Positions 34,949 to 43,630 of a stretch of 58,413 nucleotides of DNA are shown here, piece by piece. Each line of letters opens with the position of its first letter. Positions within the stretch are counted from its first letter, which is position 1. The DNA lies in assembly GCA_035388245.1 (NCBI GenBank), contig DAOOPL010000001.1, positions 1 to 58,413 on the forward strand, given 5' to 3'. The notes beneath the pieces are model-generated. The model searched no databases. It was not told where the DNA came from and saw nothing but the letters and a program-made list of their open reading frames with translations. The position numbers and the translations under genes were made by a program. The DNA is from Bacilli bacterium (GTDB taxonomy: Bacteria > Bacillota_I > Bacilli_A > RF39 > UBA660).

Positions 34949-36787
34949 ATGATAAAAATAGATAAGGAAGTTTTATTATATGTAGATTCAGAAGATATAG
35001 TAAATGGACATTTTGATATTCCATCTACGGTTATCGAAATAGGTTATAGAGCGTTATATGAAAAACAATTAAAAAGCATAATAATCCCAAGCGGCGTAAT
35101 AAAAATAGGAAATGAAGCATTTTATTCTAATTGTATAACTAGTGTAATAATTCCAAATAGTGTTAAAACAATAGGAAGTTATGCATTTGCTATTAATCAA
35201 TTAGAAAGCATAATAATTCCAGATGGTGTTATAACAATCGAATATGGTGCATTTAGTATGAATCAAATAAGAAGTTTAGTAATTCCAAATAGTGTTAAAA
35301 CAATAGGACCTAGTGCATTTATTAGTAATCCATTAAATAGTATAACAACATCTTGTGAGGTAAAAATATCAGATAATGCATTTGAAATGTCATATATTAA
35401 AGATATAAATGTAGTTTTAAAAAGTGGAGTTGTAACATTATATAAAAATGATCTTGTAAAAATAGGTAATTATAGCAGTAAAATTATTTATTTAGCGAAA
35501 TGGAAAGAATTATACAAGAATGATATAAATTCATATAATAACTTAAGACTTGAAATAATTGGTAATTTAGAACCAACAAGAGAAAATGCCAATATTTTAA
35601 AGCAAAGAATGGGAATATATAATAAATTTAGAGAAGAGGGAAATATACCTATTTTTGATGTTGTAACTGGGGAAGATTTTTTTAAGGCATGTTGTTTACT
35701 AGGTTTATTTTCAGATGATTATCAAGAAGCCCAGGAATATATATCAAATCTATATAAACGTCTAAGTAAAGATGATATACACAATATATTTACAATAATA
35801 AAACTTACTACTATTAATAATAAAGAGAAAATAAAATTAATAAAAAAAGCATTAGAAGATCAAAGATTCATAGCTTATCCAGAATATGTTGCAAGAATAA
35901 ATAATAGTTATAGTCAGATAAAAAAATGGATAGGTAAAAATTATAAAGAAATAATTTATGCAAGGATAAAACCAAAAATAAATGAAATTTTAAGGAAAGT
36001 GAATTTAAATGATTCTGAAATAAAAGAATTAGAAAAACTTAAAACAAAAGCAGAAAACATGTCAAAGTCAATTGAAGAAATAACATTAGATGATGTTATA
36101 TATTATATTAATAATAATCAATTCGAAATAAGAGATAATAACAAAGGATTAGAAAAAATAGTTTACTATTTAAGGGGAATATCACAAGAGGAATTTGATA
36201 AATTACAAGACTTATATGAGAAATCAAAAGGAGTTATAAAAAATTTAGAACAAACAGAAGATGTGGCAACAGGTGGGTATACATATATGTGGACAAAATC
36301 AGATAATCCAATAAATTTAGCATTAGGATATATAGTAAGATGTTGTGCTAAAATAGATGGAGTTGGAGAAGATATTATGGTGCAATCGATGATAAATCCC
36401 AATGTACAAAATTTAGTAATATTAGACGAAAATAAATTTGTAGTTGCAAAAGCTACGGCATATTATAATAAAAATAAAAACTATATACTATTTAATAATG
36501 TAGAAGCAATGCAAAATGCAAATAAAGAGCAGATAAGGGAAGCATTAAAAAGAGCAGTAAAAGACATTGTAATTGCATATGAACAAAAAGGTAAGAACCC
36601 ACCAGAAATAAGAATAGGAATGCTAAGGAACGATGCATTTACAAATGATGATATAGAAGTAGTTTATGGGAATGACCTTTTATCTAATTATTCATATAGT
36701 GGATATGATGGAGATGCGAATTCAGAAGAGGGACAAGGAATACTTTTTAATTCAAAAGCAGTAGAAGAAGCAAAAAGATCAATATAG
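34949..36787 (+). CDS. BspA-type leucine-rich-repeat protein with an unknown C-terminal domain
   Basis: About 5 repeats of the I-IP-x-V-x-I-G-x-x-AF type (IIPNSVKTIGSYAF and others) in the first ~140 aa. No signal peptide seen. ~470 aa of unassigned sequence follows. Confidence 0.6.
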   Translation: MIKIDKEVLLYVDSEDIVNGHFDIPSTVIEIGYRALYEKQLKSIIIPSGVIKIGNEAFYSNCITSVIIPNSVKTIGSYAFAINQLESIIIPDGVITIEYGAFSMNQIRSLVIPNSVKTIGPSAFISNPLNSITTSCEVKISDNAFEMSYIKDINVVLKSGVVTLYKNDLVKIGNYSSKIIYLAKWKELYKNDINSYNNLRLEIIGNLEPTRENANILKQRMGIYNKFREEGNIPIFDVVTGEDFFKACCLLGLFSDDYQEAQEYISNLYKRLSKDDIHNIFTIIKLTTINNKEKIKLIKKALEDQRFIAYPEYVARINNSYSQIKKWIGKNYKEIIYARIKPKINEILRKVNLNDSEIKELEKLKTKAENMSKSIEEITLDDVIYYINNNQFEIRDNNKGLEKIVYYLRGISQEEFDKLQDLYEKSKGVIKNLEQTEDVATGGYTYMWTKSDNPINLALGYIVRCCAKIDGVGEDIMVQSMINPNVQNLVILDENKFVVAKATAYYNKNKNYILFNNVEAMQNANKEQIREALKRAVKDIVIAYEQKGKNPPEIRIGMLRNDAFTNDDIEVVYGNDLLSNYSYSGYDGDANSEEGQGILFNSKAVEEAKRSI

Positions 36788-36826
36788 TTTAAGACATTTT
36801 AAATATTATTTTTTAATAAAAAAAAG

Positions 36827-37066
36827 TTACTCATCGTAACTTTCTACTCTAATAACTTCTTTTATTTCAGTAATTAGTAAACTCTCAATACTATTTTTTA
36901 ATGTCATAGTAGCATGTGGGCAGTGTGAACAGGCACCTATTAACTTTACATAGGCAACACCATTTTCAAACTTCTTAAACTCAACATCTCCACCATCGTT
37001 ATTTAAATATGGTTTAACTTTTTCTAATACTTTAATAATTTTTTCTTCAACACTCATTTTAATCAC
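36827..37066 (-). CDS. NifU-like (Nfu-type) Fe-S cluster scaffold domain protein
   Basis: 79 aa with DGGDVEF and the GACSHCPHATMTLK CxxC motif. Confidence 0.8.
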   Translation of the reverse strand: MIKMSVEEKIIKVLEKVKPYLNNDGGDVEFKKFENGVAYVKLIGACSHCPHATMTLKNSIESLLITEIKEVIRVESYDE

Positions 37067-37159
37067 CTGTAAAAAGTATACAATATATTTATATATTAGT
37101 AAAGATAGTTTGAAATTTCTATACTTTTTATGCTATAATTTTACCAGAGGTACGAATTA

Positions 37160-37522
37160 ATGAAAAATTATAAGAAAGGAGATGTTGTTGAAGCCACAAT
37201 TACGGGTATAGAAAACTATGGTGCTTTTGCCAAAATAGATAATAGTTATAGTGGTTTAATACACATTTCTGAGATATCAGATGAATATATTAACAGTATT
37301 CATGAATACATAGAAATTGATGATGTAGTAAATGTTAAAATAATAGATAATATTGATAGTAAAAATCAATTAAAACTATCAATTAAGCAAGCAAATGTAA
37401 ACATTAAGAAGAATAGGAATACAAAGATAAAAGAAAGTATCTTTGGTTTTTCTTTACTTAAATCCGCATTACCTAAATGGATTAAAATAAAAATAGAAGA
37501 AATAAATAAAAAAAAGTCATAA
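37160..37522 (+). CDS. S1 RNA-binding domain protein (general stress protein 13-like)
   Basis: GDVVEATITGIENYGAFAKI..GLIHISEIS S1 fold signature. 120 aa. Confidence 0.75.
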   Translation: MKNYKKGDVVEATITGIENYGAFAKIDNSYSGLIHISEISDEYINSIHEYIEIDDVVNVKIIDNIDSKNQLKLSIKQANVNIKKNRNTKIKESIFGFSLLKSALPKWIKIKIEEINKKKS

Positions 37523-37526
37523 ATTA

Positions 37527-37555
37527 TTGACAATAAGCCAATAAATTGTTATATT
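37527..37555 (+). promoter_or_regulatory. sigma-70-type promoter of the tRNA operon
   Basis: TTGACA, 17 nt spacer, TATATT, about 20 nt before tRNA-Val. Confidence 0.55.
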
Positions 37556-37574
37556 TGGTATGTTTTATAAACAC

Positions 37575-37651
37575 GGATGCTTAGCTCAGTTGGTTAGAGC
37601 ACCTGCCTTACAAGCAGGGGGTCATAGGTTCGAGTCCTATAGCGTCCACCA
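37575..37651 (+). tRNA. tRNA-Val (UAC)
   Basis: Cloverleaf read by eye. Acceptor GGATGCT/AGCGTCC, anticodon loop CTTACAA, T-loop GGTTCGAGTCC, encoded CCA. Confidence 0.9.
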
Positions 37652-37693
37652 TTTTATGCCGAAATAGCTCAATTGGTAGAGCAACTGACTTGT

Positions 37694-38342
37694 GGGATAG
37701 AAATTATTTATTTATAAATAATACTTGAACTATCTTGCACCTCTATAAAGAAATTTATAGAGTGGATGGCACTAATTCGGGGAAACCTTAACAGATAAGG
37801 CTGATGGCAATCCCGAGCAAGACATTACGGAGGATTTATGACAACAAAGCAAGTAGGTGCAATTGGTGAGGCATATGCAAAATACCATCTTACAAAATTA
37901 GGATATAATATATTTAGTCCTGATGTTGAAGATAGTGAGTATGATTTTATTGCTGTTCGTGAAGGTGTTTTTATACCTATACAGGTTAAAACAACACAAA
38001 GAGTAATAAATAATACTATGGTATTTGATTTTCGCAAGACAAGGTCCAATACAAAAGTAAATATTGCGAAAAAATATGACCAAAATATTGTATTTGTACT
38101 TGTATGTTTGGAAAACATGTATATTGGATGTATAATATCATCGCAATCATGTTTAAAAATAAGATTGGATTCTTCCAAAACTATTAACCAATATAATCCG
38201 AATTTTTCAGAAAATTATATATTAACTGAAAAAAAACTAATGTCGTGTGTAGAGACTTTATATGCCGCACCTAAGTCGTAAGATAAGGTGAAGAGAAAGT
38301 CCAGACCACAAACGAATAGGTAGTGAAAACTATAGTGGTATG
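37694..38342 (+). mobile_element. group I intron (Azoarcus/IC3-like core) carrying a homing endonuclease ORF
   Basis: The 5' exon ends in U, which is paired to G in P1 (TGT|GGGATAG with CTATCTTGCA). The intron ends in G. Core matches to the Azoarcus tRNA-Ile intron: AATTCGGGGAAACCTTAAC..GATGGCAATCCCGAGCAAG and GTGTAGAGACT..GCCGCACCTAAG..CTATAGTGGTATG. Confidence 0.8.
37838..38281 (+). CDS. intron-encoded PD-(D/E)XK-type homing endonuclease candidate (I-Ssp6803I-like)
   Basis: RBS GGAGG. 147 aa. GAIGEAYAKYHLTKLGYNIFSPDVEDSEYDFIAVREGVFIPIQVKT fits a D..(D/E)-x-K nuclease core. The 3' end of the ORF runs into the intron core (P7 region). Confidence 0.6.
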   Translation: MTTKQVGAIGEAYAKYHLTKLGYNIFSPDVEDSEYDFIAVREGVFIPIQVKTTQRVINNTMVFDFRKTRSNTKVNIAKKYDQNIVFVLVCLENMYIGCIISSQSCLKIRLDSSKTINQYNPNFSENYILTEKKLMSCVETLYAAPKS

Positions 38343-38419
38343 AATCAGTAGGTTACGGGTTCAAGTCCTGTTTTCGGCACCATGGGGAGATAGCGAAGTG
38401 GCTAAACGCGGCAGACTGT

Positions 38420-39038
38420 AGACAAATGCAGCTTCTATAAGTAATTATAGAATGAAAACTTAGCTAATTCGGGGAAACCTTAACAGATAATGCTGATGGC
38501 AATCCCGAGCAAGGAGGATGAATGACATATAGACATCAAGGTGAAATTGGTGTTCAAAAAGCGATATTTGAATTGATGAAACGAGATATTAGGGTCTATA
38601 TGCCATTAGTAGATGATGGTGTTGATATATTAGTAGAATATAATAAAAAGTATTATAAAATACAATGTAAGACATCAAAATTTACACCAAAATCAAAAAA
38701 TTGTGTTGTTTTCGATTTAACGAAAACATATCACAATAATTCTAAAATCAGTGTAAAAAAGTATTTACCTACAGAAGTAGACTATTTCTTTCTTTATTCT
38801 GATTTATATGAAGATTATCCATGTCTTGTAACTTATAACAGAGTTGCAGGGCAAAGAACTTTTAATATTGATTTTTCTAACACAAAAAGGCATCCGTTAA
38901 AAAATCATTATAAAGAGTTTAATATTGATAATCATTTTAGCCTCCGTGTGTAGAGACTTTATACTAAGTACCTAATAAGGTAAAGAGAAAGTCCAGACCA
39001 CAAACAATAAGTTGGTAGTGAAAACTATAGTGGTAAAG
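38420..39038 (+). mobile_element. group I intron, paralog of the tRNA-Thr intron, carrying a homing endonuclease ORF
   Basis: Exon CTGT pairs with GCAG (U.G at the splice site) and the intron ends in G. Shares CTAATTCGGGGAAACCTTAACAGATAA.GCTGATGGCAATCCCGAGCAAG and GAGAAAGTCCAGACCACAAAC..GTAGTGAAAACTATAGTGGTA with the first intron. The exact junction is ambiguous by 1 nt because of flanking A residues. Confidence 0.75.
38522..38953 (+). CDS. intron-encoded PD-(D/E)XK-type homing endonuclease candidate
   Basis: RBS AGGAGG. 143 aa. GEIGVQKAIFELMKRDIRVYMPLVDDGVDILVEYNKKYYKIQCKT parallels the first intron ORF. Confidence 0.6.
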   Translation: MTYRHQGEIGVQKAIFELMKRDIRVYMPLVDDGVDILVEYNKKYYKIQCKTSKFTPKSKNCVVFDLTKTYHNNSKISVKKYLPTEVDYFFLYSDLYEDYPCLVTYNRVAGQRTFNIDFSNTKRHPLKNHYKEFNIDNHFSLRV

Positions 39039-39095
39039 AAATCTGTTCCTTCGGGTTCGGTGGTTCGAATCCACCTCTCCCCACCACTTTGATAT

Positions 39096-39170
39096 TGCCT
39101 CGTAGCCAAGTGGTAAGGCACTAGACTTTGACTCTAGCATTCGCTGGTCCGAATCCAGCCGAGGCAACCA
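39096..39170 (+). tRNA. tRNA-Gln (UUG)
   Basis: Acceptor TGCCTCG/CGAGGCA, anticodon loop CTTTGAC, encoded CCA. Confidence 0.9.
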
Positions 39171-39181
39171 AATTATAATAT

Positions 39182-39257
39182 GTCCCGTTAGCTCAGTTGG
39201 TAGAGCATTTGACTTTTAATCAAAGGGTCATGCGTTCGAGTCGCATACGGGACACCA
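39182..39257 (+). tRNA. tRNA-Lys (UUU)
   Basis: Acceptor GTCCCGT/ACGGGAC, loop CTTTTAA, GTTCGAGTC T-loop, CCA. Confidence 0.9.
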
Positions 39258-39263
39258 ATTTAT

Positions 39264-39352
39264 GCCCGAGTGGCGGAATAGGTAGACGCACAGGACTTAA
39301 AATCCTGCGAGATTTAACCCTCGTACCGGTTCAAGTCCGGTCTCGGGCACCA
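39264..39352 (+). tRNA. tRNA-Leu (UAA)
   Basis: Acceptor GCCCGAG/CTCGGGC, loop CTTAAAA, long variable arm, CCA. Confidence 0.9.
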
Positions 39353-39400
39353 CTTTATTTGAAAGATAATTACTATTATGATATAATTACAAAGAAACCC

Positions 39401-39493
39401 GGAGGAATACCCAAGTCTGGTTGAAGGGACCGGTCTTGAAAACCGGGAGGTCGTGTGAGCGGCGCGGGGGTTCGAATCCCTCTTCCTCCGCCA
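39401..39493 (+). tRNA. tRNA-Ser (UGA)
   Basis: Acceptor GGAGGAA/TTCCTCC, loop CTTGAAA, long variable arm, discriminator G, CCA. Confidence 0.9.
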
Positions 39494-39506
39494 TTAAAAT
39501 TTACAT

Positions 39507-39583
<77 letters not shown>

Positions 39584-39592
39584 ATATAAATA

Positions 39593-39623
39593 AAAAGAAT
39601 TAACTTTTAGTTAATTCTTTTAT
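39593..39623. terminator. bidirectional hairpin terminator
   Basis: AAGAATTAAC-tttta-GTTAATTCTT with flanking A- and T-runs, lying between the tRNA operon and the convergent gene. Confidence 0.55.
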
Positions 39624-40121
39624 CTTTTCTTTAGCACTCATTAAATCTGTAGTGTCATAATCTGTAGTAATAATATTTTCATAACTACCAGCAGCATATA
39701 AATAAGCATTAAATTTATTAATATAACTTTCTAAATAATCTTTTCTCATATCACTTTGAAAAACTAGACTTAATAAAATATTATATACTTCATCTAATCT
39801 ATCTATACTAATATTTTTATTACCTAATATTTTTAATAATTTTGAAAAAATATTATTCTCTAATTTTGTATAATTTATATCATTATTAATTACGTTTAAT
39901 AAATTACTTAATTCTTTCTTTATTCTTTTTTCAAATGGTGTTGTGTTGTACATAATTTTAAACCCTATGCACAACACTATATGAAAAGAATTATCCTTCA
40001 TAAGAATTCTTATATAATTACGAAAAATACGACTAAGATCAGCCCTGTTTTTTGATGTATCTTTCATTAATTCATAAGATTTATAAATATCCATAAATAT
40101 TTCTGTACGTGTAATTTTCAT
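39600..40121 (-). CDS. hypothetical protein
   Basis: Start moved to MKITRTE (AAGGAG RBS). Weak paralogy to the next gene (LENNIFSKLLKILGNKNISI..ILL..RKD versus IENEILDKLKNSLENKNGKIS..ILL..RKD). Confidence 0.5.
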   Translation of the reverse strand: MKITRTEIFMDIYKSYELMKDTSKNRADLSRIFRNYIRILMKDNSFHIVLCIGFKIMYNTTPFEKRIKKELSNLLNVINNDINYTKLENNIFSKLLKILGNKNISIDRLDEVYNILLSLVFQSDMRKDYLESYINKFNAYLYAAGSYENIITTDYDTTDLMSAKEKIKELTKS

Positions 40122-40174
40122 AACTAATCTCCTTAACAAATATTATAATATTGTCAATAAAAAACATTATTATT

Positions 40175-40621
40175 TTATAATGCTTCAATTCTTTTAGAAA
40201 GTGTATGCATTTTTTCTTCAAATAAATTACCACCATCATGTTTCAATTCTTTTACTAATTTATTTATATTATCTTTTCTAAATGTATGAAGCCTATAAAT
40301 ATCTAATAATATTTCATGTGCTTGATTTAAGCTAATTTTACCATTTTTATTTTCAAGAGAATTTTTTAATTTATCTAAGATTTCATTTTCAATATTAATA
40401 TAAACAATATTTGTTTTTATATGTTCTACTATATCCTTCTTAAACATTAAAGAAAATTTCTTTCTCATTAAATTTAAAAATATGTTATCTTGGAAATTTA
40501 CTATTTTTAGTTCTTTAATACACTCTAACATTGAGTTATTAAACATAACAATATTTCTTTCTTCATAAAATCTTTTTGTTTGTGTAAACTGATCATACAC
40601 TCTATTTGTTTTGTACTTCAT
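40175..40621 (-). CDS. hypothetical protein (weak paralog of 39600..40121)
   Basis: 148 aa ORF with RBS aaaggagac on the minus strand. Confidence 0.5.
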   Translation of the reverse strand: MKYKTNRVYDQFTQTKRFYEERNIVMFNNSMLECIKELKIVNFQDNIFLNLMRKKFSLMFKKDIVEHIKTNIVYINIENEILDKLKNSLENKNGKISLNQAHEILLDIYRLHTFRKDNINKLVKELKHDGGNLFEEKMHTLSKRIEAL

Positions 40622-40673
40622 TGTGTCTCCTTTTAATTGCTTATTATATATTTATTTAATAATAATTTCAATA

Positions 40674-41396
40674 CTATTTTTTAAAGTTTTTTTCTAAAAA
40701 TATTTTAATCTTTTTAAGCGGATTATTATCAAGAATATTTATGTGAGGAAATGCATTAAGTAATCTCTTTTTTAATTTTCCAAATTTCTTTAATTCTTCT
40801 TTTACTTTACTAGATAGTATATAAGTATTATCGCCTTTAAACAATTTAGTATTAGCTTTTATTTTAAACATAATAGTAATAGATAATATTGCATCAAGTA
40901 AAAACATAATAAATAATATTATTGATATTATTTGAAAAATATTATAATTAATTTTACTAAATATATTTAATAAAAATGGATTAAAGTAATATATTAATAT
41001 TAAACCAAAAAAACCAAAACCAAGAGAGTTAATTAGTAGTACTCTTCCATTAATATTAAATGGCATATTTGAATAATCCCACCATCTAGCGTTAAATACT
41101 TTTTCAAGTATTACACTTGTAAAGTATTCAAGTATACTTGTTACAATAATTGCCATAAAGAAGAGTACAACGGGATCATTCTCGTATTTAGTAAGAAATA
41201 AAGTCATTATTAATGCCCCAAAACCATATATTGGGCAATAAGGTCCAATAAAGAAACCTCTATTTTTAATTAATTTTTTTTCGAGTATACTTAAATCAAC
41301 AAGTTCAATTATCCAACCAAGTATTGAATAAATAGTAAATAACATAAAGTAAGTATATATATCTTGCATATAATCACATCCATATATATTATACAT
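40674..41396 (-). CDS. polytopic membrane protein (resembles the putative ABC-transporter type IV / DUF1113 family)
   Basis: Six or more TM helices. LGWIIE.. and FIGPYCPIYGFGA motifs. The start may be the internal ATG at 41369. Confidence 0.5.
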   Translation of the reverse strand: MYNIYGCDYMQDIYTYFMLFTIYSILGWIIELVDLSILEKKLIKNRGFFIGPYCPIYGFGALIMTLFLTKYENDPVVLFFMAIIVTSILEYFTSVILEKVFNARWWDYSNMPFNINGRVLLINSLGFGFFGLILIYYFNPFLLNIFSKINYNIFQIISIILFIMFLLDAILSITIMFKIKANTKLFKGDNTYILSSKVKEELKKFGKLKKRLLNAFPHINILDNNPLKKIKIFLEKNFKK

Positions 41397-41503
41397 TAAA
41401 TTAAATAAAAAAGAAATTGCCTTGCGAACAAGACAATCTCCAAAAGAATAAAAAGGGGTTGGCTAGTGTGATACTAGCAGCCAATTCCAATTTGGAATTG
41501 GTG
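41397..41503 (-). promoter_or_regulatory. structured 5' leader with an intrinsic terminator (unassigned attenuator or riboswitch candidate)
   Basis: Minus-strand promoter TTGACT, 17 nt spacer, TATTAT at 41512..41540. The leader contains a CCAATTCCA-aat-TGGAATTGG hairpin, an overlapping TTGG..CTAGT-atcac-ACTAG-CCAA hairpin, then GAGATTGTCTTG-ttcg-CAAGGCAATTTC plus TTTTTT. Confidence 0.4.
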
Positions 41504-41604
41504 ACATTTATAATAATGTAAACTAATATAAAAGTCAACATATTTTAATAAAAAAACTTAAAATAATTTTTATGATATAATTATTATATAAAGTAGGTGG
41601 TATT

Positions 41605-43593
41605 ATGAATGAATTATTAAATATAAAAGGAGTAGGTTTAAAGACATTAAAGCTACTAAATAATTTAAATATATTTACAATTGATGATTTAATATCATAT
41701 ATACCATATAAATTTAATATAATAACTAAAACTGATTTAAATGAGAACAAATCAGTAGTAGATGTAAAAGTACAGTCAGTACCAGTATTATCTTATTTTA
41801 AAAGAAATATGAATAGGTTAAGCTTTAATGCATTATATAATAGTAAATTAATTAAAGTAACAATATTTAATAGAGCATTTTTAAAAGAACATCTAGCAAT
41901 GAATAATACAATAGTTATTATTGGTAAATATAATATTAAACAAAATACATTCTTATGTTCAGATATTATATTTGAAGATTTTAATAAACCAAAGATAGTA
42001 CCTATATATCATTTAACATCTGGCATTAATCAAAAGAAAATGAATTTACTTATTAACTCTGCTTTAAATACAAAAGTAGAGTTAGAGGAGTACATACCAG
42101 AAAATATTAAAAATAAATATTCTTTTATTGATAAATATGAGCTTCTTAAAGTAGTAAATAATCCCCAAGAAGAAGAAATAATTAAAAGATCAATAATACA
42201 ATTAAAGTATGAAGAATTATTTATATTTATGCTAAAAATAAGATATTTAAAGCAAAGAAGAAGTTTGGAAAAAGAAAACTATAGTAAGAATGTAGATATT
42301 AATAAGGCTGAAGTAATAAGAAATAGATTACCTTTTGAATTAACAAATGATCAAGAAAAAGCATTACAAGAAATAGTAGATGATTTAAATTCAAGTATAC
42401 GAATGAATAGATTATTACAAGGTGATGTTGGTAGTGGTAAGACAATAGTAGCATTTTTATCCATGTTTATTATGAAAGAATCTGGTTATCAATCTGCAAT
42501 GATGGCACCAACTGAAGTACTTGCTAAACAGCATTTTGAAAATGCTAAGAAGTTATTTAAAGATTTAAATATAAATGTAGCACTTCTAACAGGAAGTACA
42601 TCTAAGAAGGAAAAAGAAGATATCTATAATAAGTTATTAAATAAAAAAATAGATATAGTAATTGGTACTCATTCTCTAATTAATAAAGATTTATATTTTA
42701 ATAATCTAGGTTTAGTAATTGCAGATGAACAGCAAAGATTTGGTGTAAGTCAAAGGACAATGTTAAAAAGAAAAGGAGAAAATATTGAAGTTCTATATTT
42801 AAGTGCTACTCCTATTCCTAGAACATATGCTTTAACTATATATGGAGATATGGATGTTAGTAGTATAAAGACTATGCCTAAGGGAAGAAAACAAATTATT
42901 ACTAAAGTATTAAAAGAAGAAGATATTAAAGAAGTATTATTAAAAGTAAAAGAAGAGTTAGATAATAATCATCAAGGATATATAGTAGCACCTATGATTG
43001 AAGATGATGAAGAAAGTAGTTATGAAAATGTAGTAAGATTAAAAACAAAGTTTTCTAAAGCATTTAAAGGTATACCAATAGAAATTATGCATGGTAAACA
43101 AAAACCAAATGTAAAAGAAAAAATAATGAATGATTTTATTAATAATAAAATAAAAATATTAATAAGTACTACAGTAATTGAAGTAGGAATAGATGTTAAA
43201 AATGCTACATTTATGGTTATTTTTAATGCTGAAAAATTTGGTCTTTCTACTTTACATCAATTAAGAGGAAGAATAGGTAGATCTAATTTAGAAGCTTATT
43301 GTTATTTAATTAGTAATTCTGATACTAAAAGACTAAGTATAATGGAACAAGAAACTGATGGTTATAAAATAAGTGAAGAAGATTTTATAATGAGAGGACA
43401 AGGAGATCTATTTGGCACTGCACAAAGTGGAGAAGAGGTATTTAAAATAGCAAATATAAGAAGAGACTATAAGATATTATTAAAAGTAAAAGAAGATATA
43501 GATGAAATTATGCAATTAAAACAAGAAGAGAAAAACTTATTAATAAATAGAGTGCTTAAAAACAATTATATTGCTAAAAACACTAATTACTGA
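41605..43593 (+). CDS. recG: ATP-dependent DNA helicase RecG
   Basis: 662 aa. Wedge-domain N-terminus, motifs LQGDVGSGKT, IADEQQRFGV, LSATPIPRT and LHQLRGRIGR. Confidence 0.9.
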   Translation: MNELLNIKGVGLKTLKLLNNLNIFTIDDLISYIPYKFNIITKTDLNENKSVVDVKVQSVPVLSYFKRNMNRLSFNALYNSKLIKVTIFNRAFLKEHLAMNNTIVIIGKYNIKQNTFLCSDIIFEDFNKPKIVPIYHLTSGINQKKMNLLINSALNTKVELEEYIPENIKNKYSFIDKYELLKVVNNPQEEEIIKRSIIQLKYEELFIFMLKIRYLKQRRSLEKENYSKNVDINKAEVIRNRLPFELTNDQEKALQEIVDDLNSSIRMNRLLQGDVGSGKTIVAFLSMFIMKESGYQSAMMAPTEVLAKQHFENAKKLFKDLNINVALLTGSTSKKEKEDIYNKLLNKKIDIVIGTHSLINKDLYFNNLGLVIADEQQRFGVSQRTMLKRKGENIEVLYLSATPIPRTYALTIYGDMDVSSIKTMPKGRKQIITKVLKEEDIKEVLLKVKEELDNNHQGYIVAPMIEDDEESSYENVVRLKTKFSKAFKGIPIEIMHGKQKPNVKEKIMNDFINNKIKILISTTVIEVGIDVKNATFMVIFNAEKFGLSTLHQLRGRIGRSNLEAYCYLISNSDTKRLSIMEQETDGYKISEEDFIMRGQGDLFGTAQSGEEVFKIANIRRDYKILLKVKEDIDEIMQLKQEEKNLLINRVLKNNYIAKNTNY

Positions 43594-43630
43594 TATGATA
43601 ACGATATTATTTAAAAAGGAGGTATAAATT

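Larger units (their letters stand above)
37658..38382 (+). tRNA. tRNA-Thr (UGU), interrupted by a 649-nt group I intron (exons 37658..37693 and 38343..38382)
   Basis: The joined exons give GCCGAAATAGCTCAATTGGTAGAGCAACTGACTTGT+AATCAGTAGGTTACGGGTTCAAGTCCTGTTTTCGGCACCA. Acceptor GCCGAAA/TTTCGGC, anticodon stem ACTGA/TCAGT, loop CTTGTAA. Confidence 0.85.
38384..39086 (+). tRNA. tRNA-Tyr (GUA), interrupted by a 619-nt group I intron (exons 38384..38419 and 39039..39086)
   Basis: The joined exons give GGGGAGATAGCGAAGTGGCTAAACGCGGCAGACTGT+AAATCTGTTCCTTCGGGTTCGGTGGTTCGAATCCACCTCTCCCCACCA. Long variable arm, loop CTGTAAA. Confidence 0.8.

Noticed and set aside
37825-38178. Minus-strand ORFs 37825..38178 and 37898..38083 inside the first intron
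   Set aside because: They are antisense to the RBS-preceded endonuclease ORF at 37838..38281. Their composition is hydrophobic and low-complexity, as is typical of shadow frames in AT-rich DNA.
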